A stretch of DNA of 64,000 nucleotides from an uncultured Thermoleophilia bacterium (GTDB lineage: Bacteria > Actinomycetota > Thermoleophilia > Miltoncostaeales > Miltoncostaeaceae): assembly GCA_963802325.1 (NCBI GenBank), contig CAWDII010000003.1, positions 36,496 through 100,495 of the forward strand. The letters run 5' to 3'. This document shows, in pieces, positions 61,480 to 64,000 of the stretch. The notes under the pieces are model-generated. The model was not told the origin of the DNA and ran no database searches. It saw nothing but the letters and a program-made list of their open reading frames with translations. A program made the position numbers and the translations under genes. Numbering within the stretch: the stretch's first letter is position 1; the number at the start of each line of letters is the position of its first letter.

Positions 61480-62432
61480 TATCCGGGCGACTGCCCGGCG
61501 AGCGCCAGGAGGGCCGGGAGGTCGGACGGGTCGCCCAGATGGACCGCCTGGACCCCGGGCCGGATGCGGCGCACGAGGCCGACGAGGACGCGCCGATGGC
61601 CGAACTCGACGAAGGTGTCGGCGCCGACGTCGAGGGCCAGCTTGACCGTCTGGGTGAAGCGCACCGGCGCCGTCAGCTGCTGGGCCAGCAGGGAGCGCAG
61701 GCGCTCGCCCTTCTCGAAGGCGGCCGAGGTGGCCGACAGGAAGGGCAGCGACGGCGTGCTGATCTTCACGCCCGAGAGCGTCTCGCGCAGCTTGTCGGCG
61801 GCGGGCGCCATCACCGACGAGTGGAACGCGCCGTCCACGTCGAGCAGCTTGGCCTTGATGCCGCGCGCCCGCGCCAGGTCGAGAAGGCGGTCGACGCCCT
61901 TCGACAGGCCCGAGGCCACGATCTGGCCGGGGCAGTTGTAGTTGGCGGGCCACACCTCGCCGGCCTCGCGGCAGAGCGCCTCCACGTCCTCGTCGCTGGC
62001 GCCCAGCAGCGCCGCCATCTGGCCGGGGTGGGCCGCCACGACGTCCTCGGTCGCCTCGCCACGCGCCTCCACCAGCCGCAGCGCCTCGCCGAACGACAGG
62101 CTCCCGCACGCCACCAGCGCCGAGTACTCGCCAAGGGAGTGGCCCATCGTGAGACCGCCCTCGACGCCGTGGTCGCGGGCGACCCGCCAGGCGGCCACCG
62201 AGTGGGTGAGCACGGCCGGCTGGCAGTGCTTGGTCGACATCAGGTCCTCGTGAGGGCCCTCGAAGCAGATGCGGGAGAGGTCGTACCCGAGGAGGTCGTT
62301 GGCCTCCTCGAAGGTGCGCCGGGCCGTGGGGAACGCGTCGTACAGGGCCTTGCCCATGCCGACTTCCTGCGCTCCCTGACCGGGGAACAGGAGCGCGATC
62401 AGAGCTGGGCCTCCACGGTGCGGCGGGGACAC
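61479..62432 (-). CDS. fabD: Malonyl-CoA:ACP transacylase (start may be ~62402)
   Basis: FPGQGAQ, GHSLGEY, GAFHS, PVRF. Confidence 0.93.
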   Translation of the reverse strand: MSPPHRGGPALIALLFPGQGAQEVGMGKALYDAFPTARRTFEEANDLLGYDLSRICFEGPHEDLMSTKHCQPAVLTHSVAAWRVARDHGVEGGLTMGHSLGEYSALVACGSLSFGEALRLVEARGEATEDVVAAHPGQMAALLGASDEDVEALCREAGEVWPANYNCPGQIVASGLSKGVDRLLDLARARGIKAKLLDVDGAFHSSVMAPAADKLRETLSGVKISTPSLPFLSATSAAFEKGERLRSLLAQQLTAPVRFTQTVKLALDVGADTFVEFGHRRVLVGLVRRIRPGVQAVHLGDPSDLPALLALAGQSPG

Positions 62433-62545
62433 GCGACCGACCTCATGCCGACTCCTCGCGCGACAGGGGCGTTACGGGTGGGCCACCCGAGAGAACGAGC
62501 CATGATAGGCCGCCGGGGCACCCCCATTCAAGGAGGGGCCGCCGA

Positions 62546-64000
62546 TCAGGGCCCGAGGGCCTCGCTCGCCGCAGTGGCGAGGGAGACGGCGGCCTCCCGG
62601 TTGGGCGCCATGGCGATGATCGCGCGGTCGGGGGCGCCGAAGGTGACGGCGACGACGCCACCCTGGCTCTGCACGAGCCCCTCGCTGGAGATCCCCCCGA
62701 GCGCCACCGGGCCCTCCGAGGTGCCCCCGAGCGAGTCGCGCAGGCGCTCGACGGCGACGCGGCCGTCCTCGGTGAACGGGTGCACGCCCACCAGCAGGCC
62801 GGTGTCGGCCCCACGGACGGCCTGGGCCGTCTCCACGTCGCCGTCGGCGCCGAGCTCGAGGTTGACGACGCCCGGGTCGGTCGCGGTGAGGCTCCAGCCG
62901 TCGATCGCCCGCGGCAGCACCGCACCGAGCGGGAAGGCGCTCGCGAGCCCGGGCGCCGTCACCGGTGCGACGGTGGTGTCGAGCACGACGGTCGTCACGG
63001 TGCGCTGGCCCTCGCCGCCGGACGCGGCCGAGATCACCCCGACCACGACGGCCAGAGCCGCCAGGACGCCGCCCACGATGGCCGGGATGCGCCAGCGGGG
63101 CGCCTCCTGGTCGGGCGGCGGCGCGGCCGGGCGGGGCGAAGGAGCGGGGGGAGGCGGCGGCGGGGGCGGTGGTGGCGGCGGGGGCGGGGGCGGGGGTGGG
63201 GGTGAAGCGCCTCCGGCCAGGGTCACCGCGGGGCCCGGGCGGGCGGCGGCGATGGGGGCGGGTCGCGAGGCGGCGGCGCCGGGGGTGGCCGCCACGGCCG
63301 CCTCCAGGTCGGCGACGAACGCCGCCGCGGAGGCGTGGCGCTCACCCGGCTCCTTGGCCAGGCCGCGTGCGAGCACCCCGTCCACGGCCGCCCCGAGGGC
63401 GGGGTTGCGCTGCGAGGCGGCGGGCGGGGCGCTGTTGACGTGGGCGTAGAGCGTCGCCGCCCGGTCCTCGCGCGGGAAGACCGGAGCGCCGGTGAGCGCC
63501 TCGAAGGCGACGGCGGCCAGCGCGTAGCGGTCGGCGGCGGGTGTCACCTCGCCGCCGCGGACCTGCTCGGGCGCGACGTACTCGAAGGTCCCGATCCACA
63601 TCCCGCTGCTGGTGAGGCGGGTCTCGGCGAGCGCCTTGATCAGGCCGAAGTCCGAGAGGTAGGCGTGGTCGCCGGGTCCGAGCAGGATGTTCGCGGGCTT
63701 GACGTCGCGGTGGACCATCCCGCGGGCGCTGATGTGGTCGAGGGCCTCGGCCACCTGGCGCACGATCGCCAGGGTCCGGCGCGCCTCGATCCCCTCGGGC
63801 CGGCTCAGGAGGACGTCGAGGGAGGGCCCGTCGACGAACTTCATCGACAGGAAGGCCAGCCCATCGGCCTCGCCGGCCTCGAAGACCGGGATGATGTGGG
63901 GGTGGTCGAGGCTCGCCGCCGCGATGCCCTCGCGGGCGAACCGCTCGCGGAAGCCGGCCTCGGCGGAGAGCTGGGACGAGACGACCTTGAGGGCCACGGT
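62546..64000 (-). CDS. Transmembrane Ser/Thr protein kinase (N-terminus outside the window)
   Basis: VALK, HRDVKPAN, DFG, YVAPE, poly-Pro linker, TM helix. Confidence 0.93.
   Translation of the reverse strand, partial: TVALKVVSSQLSAEAGFRERFAREGIAAASLDHPHIIPVFEAGEADGLAFLSMKFVDGPSLDVLLSRPEGIEARRTLAIVRQVAEALDHISARGMVHRDVKPANILLGPGDHAYLSDFGLIKALAETRLTSSGMWIGTFEYVAPEQVRGGEVTPAADRYALAAVAFEALTGAPVFPREDRAATLYAHVNSAPPAASQRNPALGAAVDGVLARGLAKEPGERHASAAAFVADLEAAVAATPGAAASRPAPIAAARPGPAVTLAGGASPPPPPPPPPPPPPPPPPPPAPSPRPAAPPPDQEAPRWRIPAIVGGVLAALAVVVGVISAASGGEGQRTVTTVVLDTTVAPVTAPGLASAFPLGAVLPRAIDGWSLTATDPGVVNLELGADGDVETAQAVRGADTGLLVGVHPFTEDGRVAVERLRDSLGGTSEGPVALGGISSEGLVQSQGGVVAVTFGAPDRAIIAMAPNREAAVSLATAASEALGP

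Noticed and set aside
63145-63203. G-rich low-complexity tract
   Set aside because: Encodes the poly-proline linker of the kinase.

Overview
Very GC-rich actinobacterial chromosome segment. Gene content suggests Thermoleophilia, probably Miltoncostaea-like (inference). Most of the window is housekeeping: tRNA-Lys, tatA, dcd, lipA, a ~15 kb minus-strand heme/menaquinone/bc-complex cluster (hemB, ahbAB, hemL, ubiD, qcrABC, ubiX, menG, polyprenyl synthase, mqnA, mqnC, hemAT, hemA), ECF sigma factors, an ABC exporter, ymdB, GT87/GtrA glycosylation genes, ddl, pckA, a MazEF-type module, metH and fabD-fabG-fabF-fabF. The accessory hotspot is 32981-36545, where two IS110-family elements sit in a mosaic palindromic (REP/BIME-like) repeat. 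For the first element the sequence itself shows the exact ends (CT core), an intact paralogous empty target hairpin 1.8 kb away, and all four guide segments of a bridge RNA. Other notable signals: an unassigned repeated protein module (Q-x3-[QR]-x-I-[SA]-Q-x-A-V-[RK]-R) in two secreted proteins; miniaturised cofactor-less relatives of MqnE/CofH and MetE; a HepS-like small subunit; a candidate standalone structured ncRNA; pervasive leaderless-type promoters; and several single-base frameshifts, two of them in GTCGAC, that may be sequencing artefacts. All family assignments are by motif recognition only; no searches were run.
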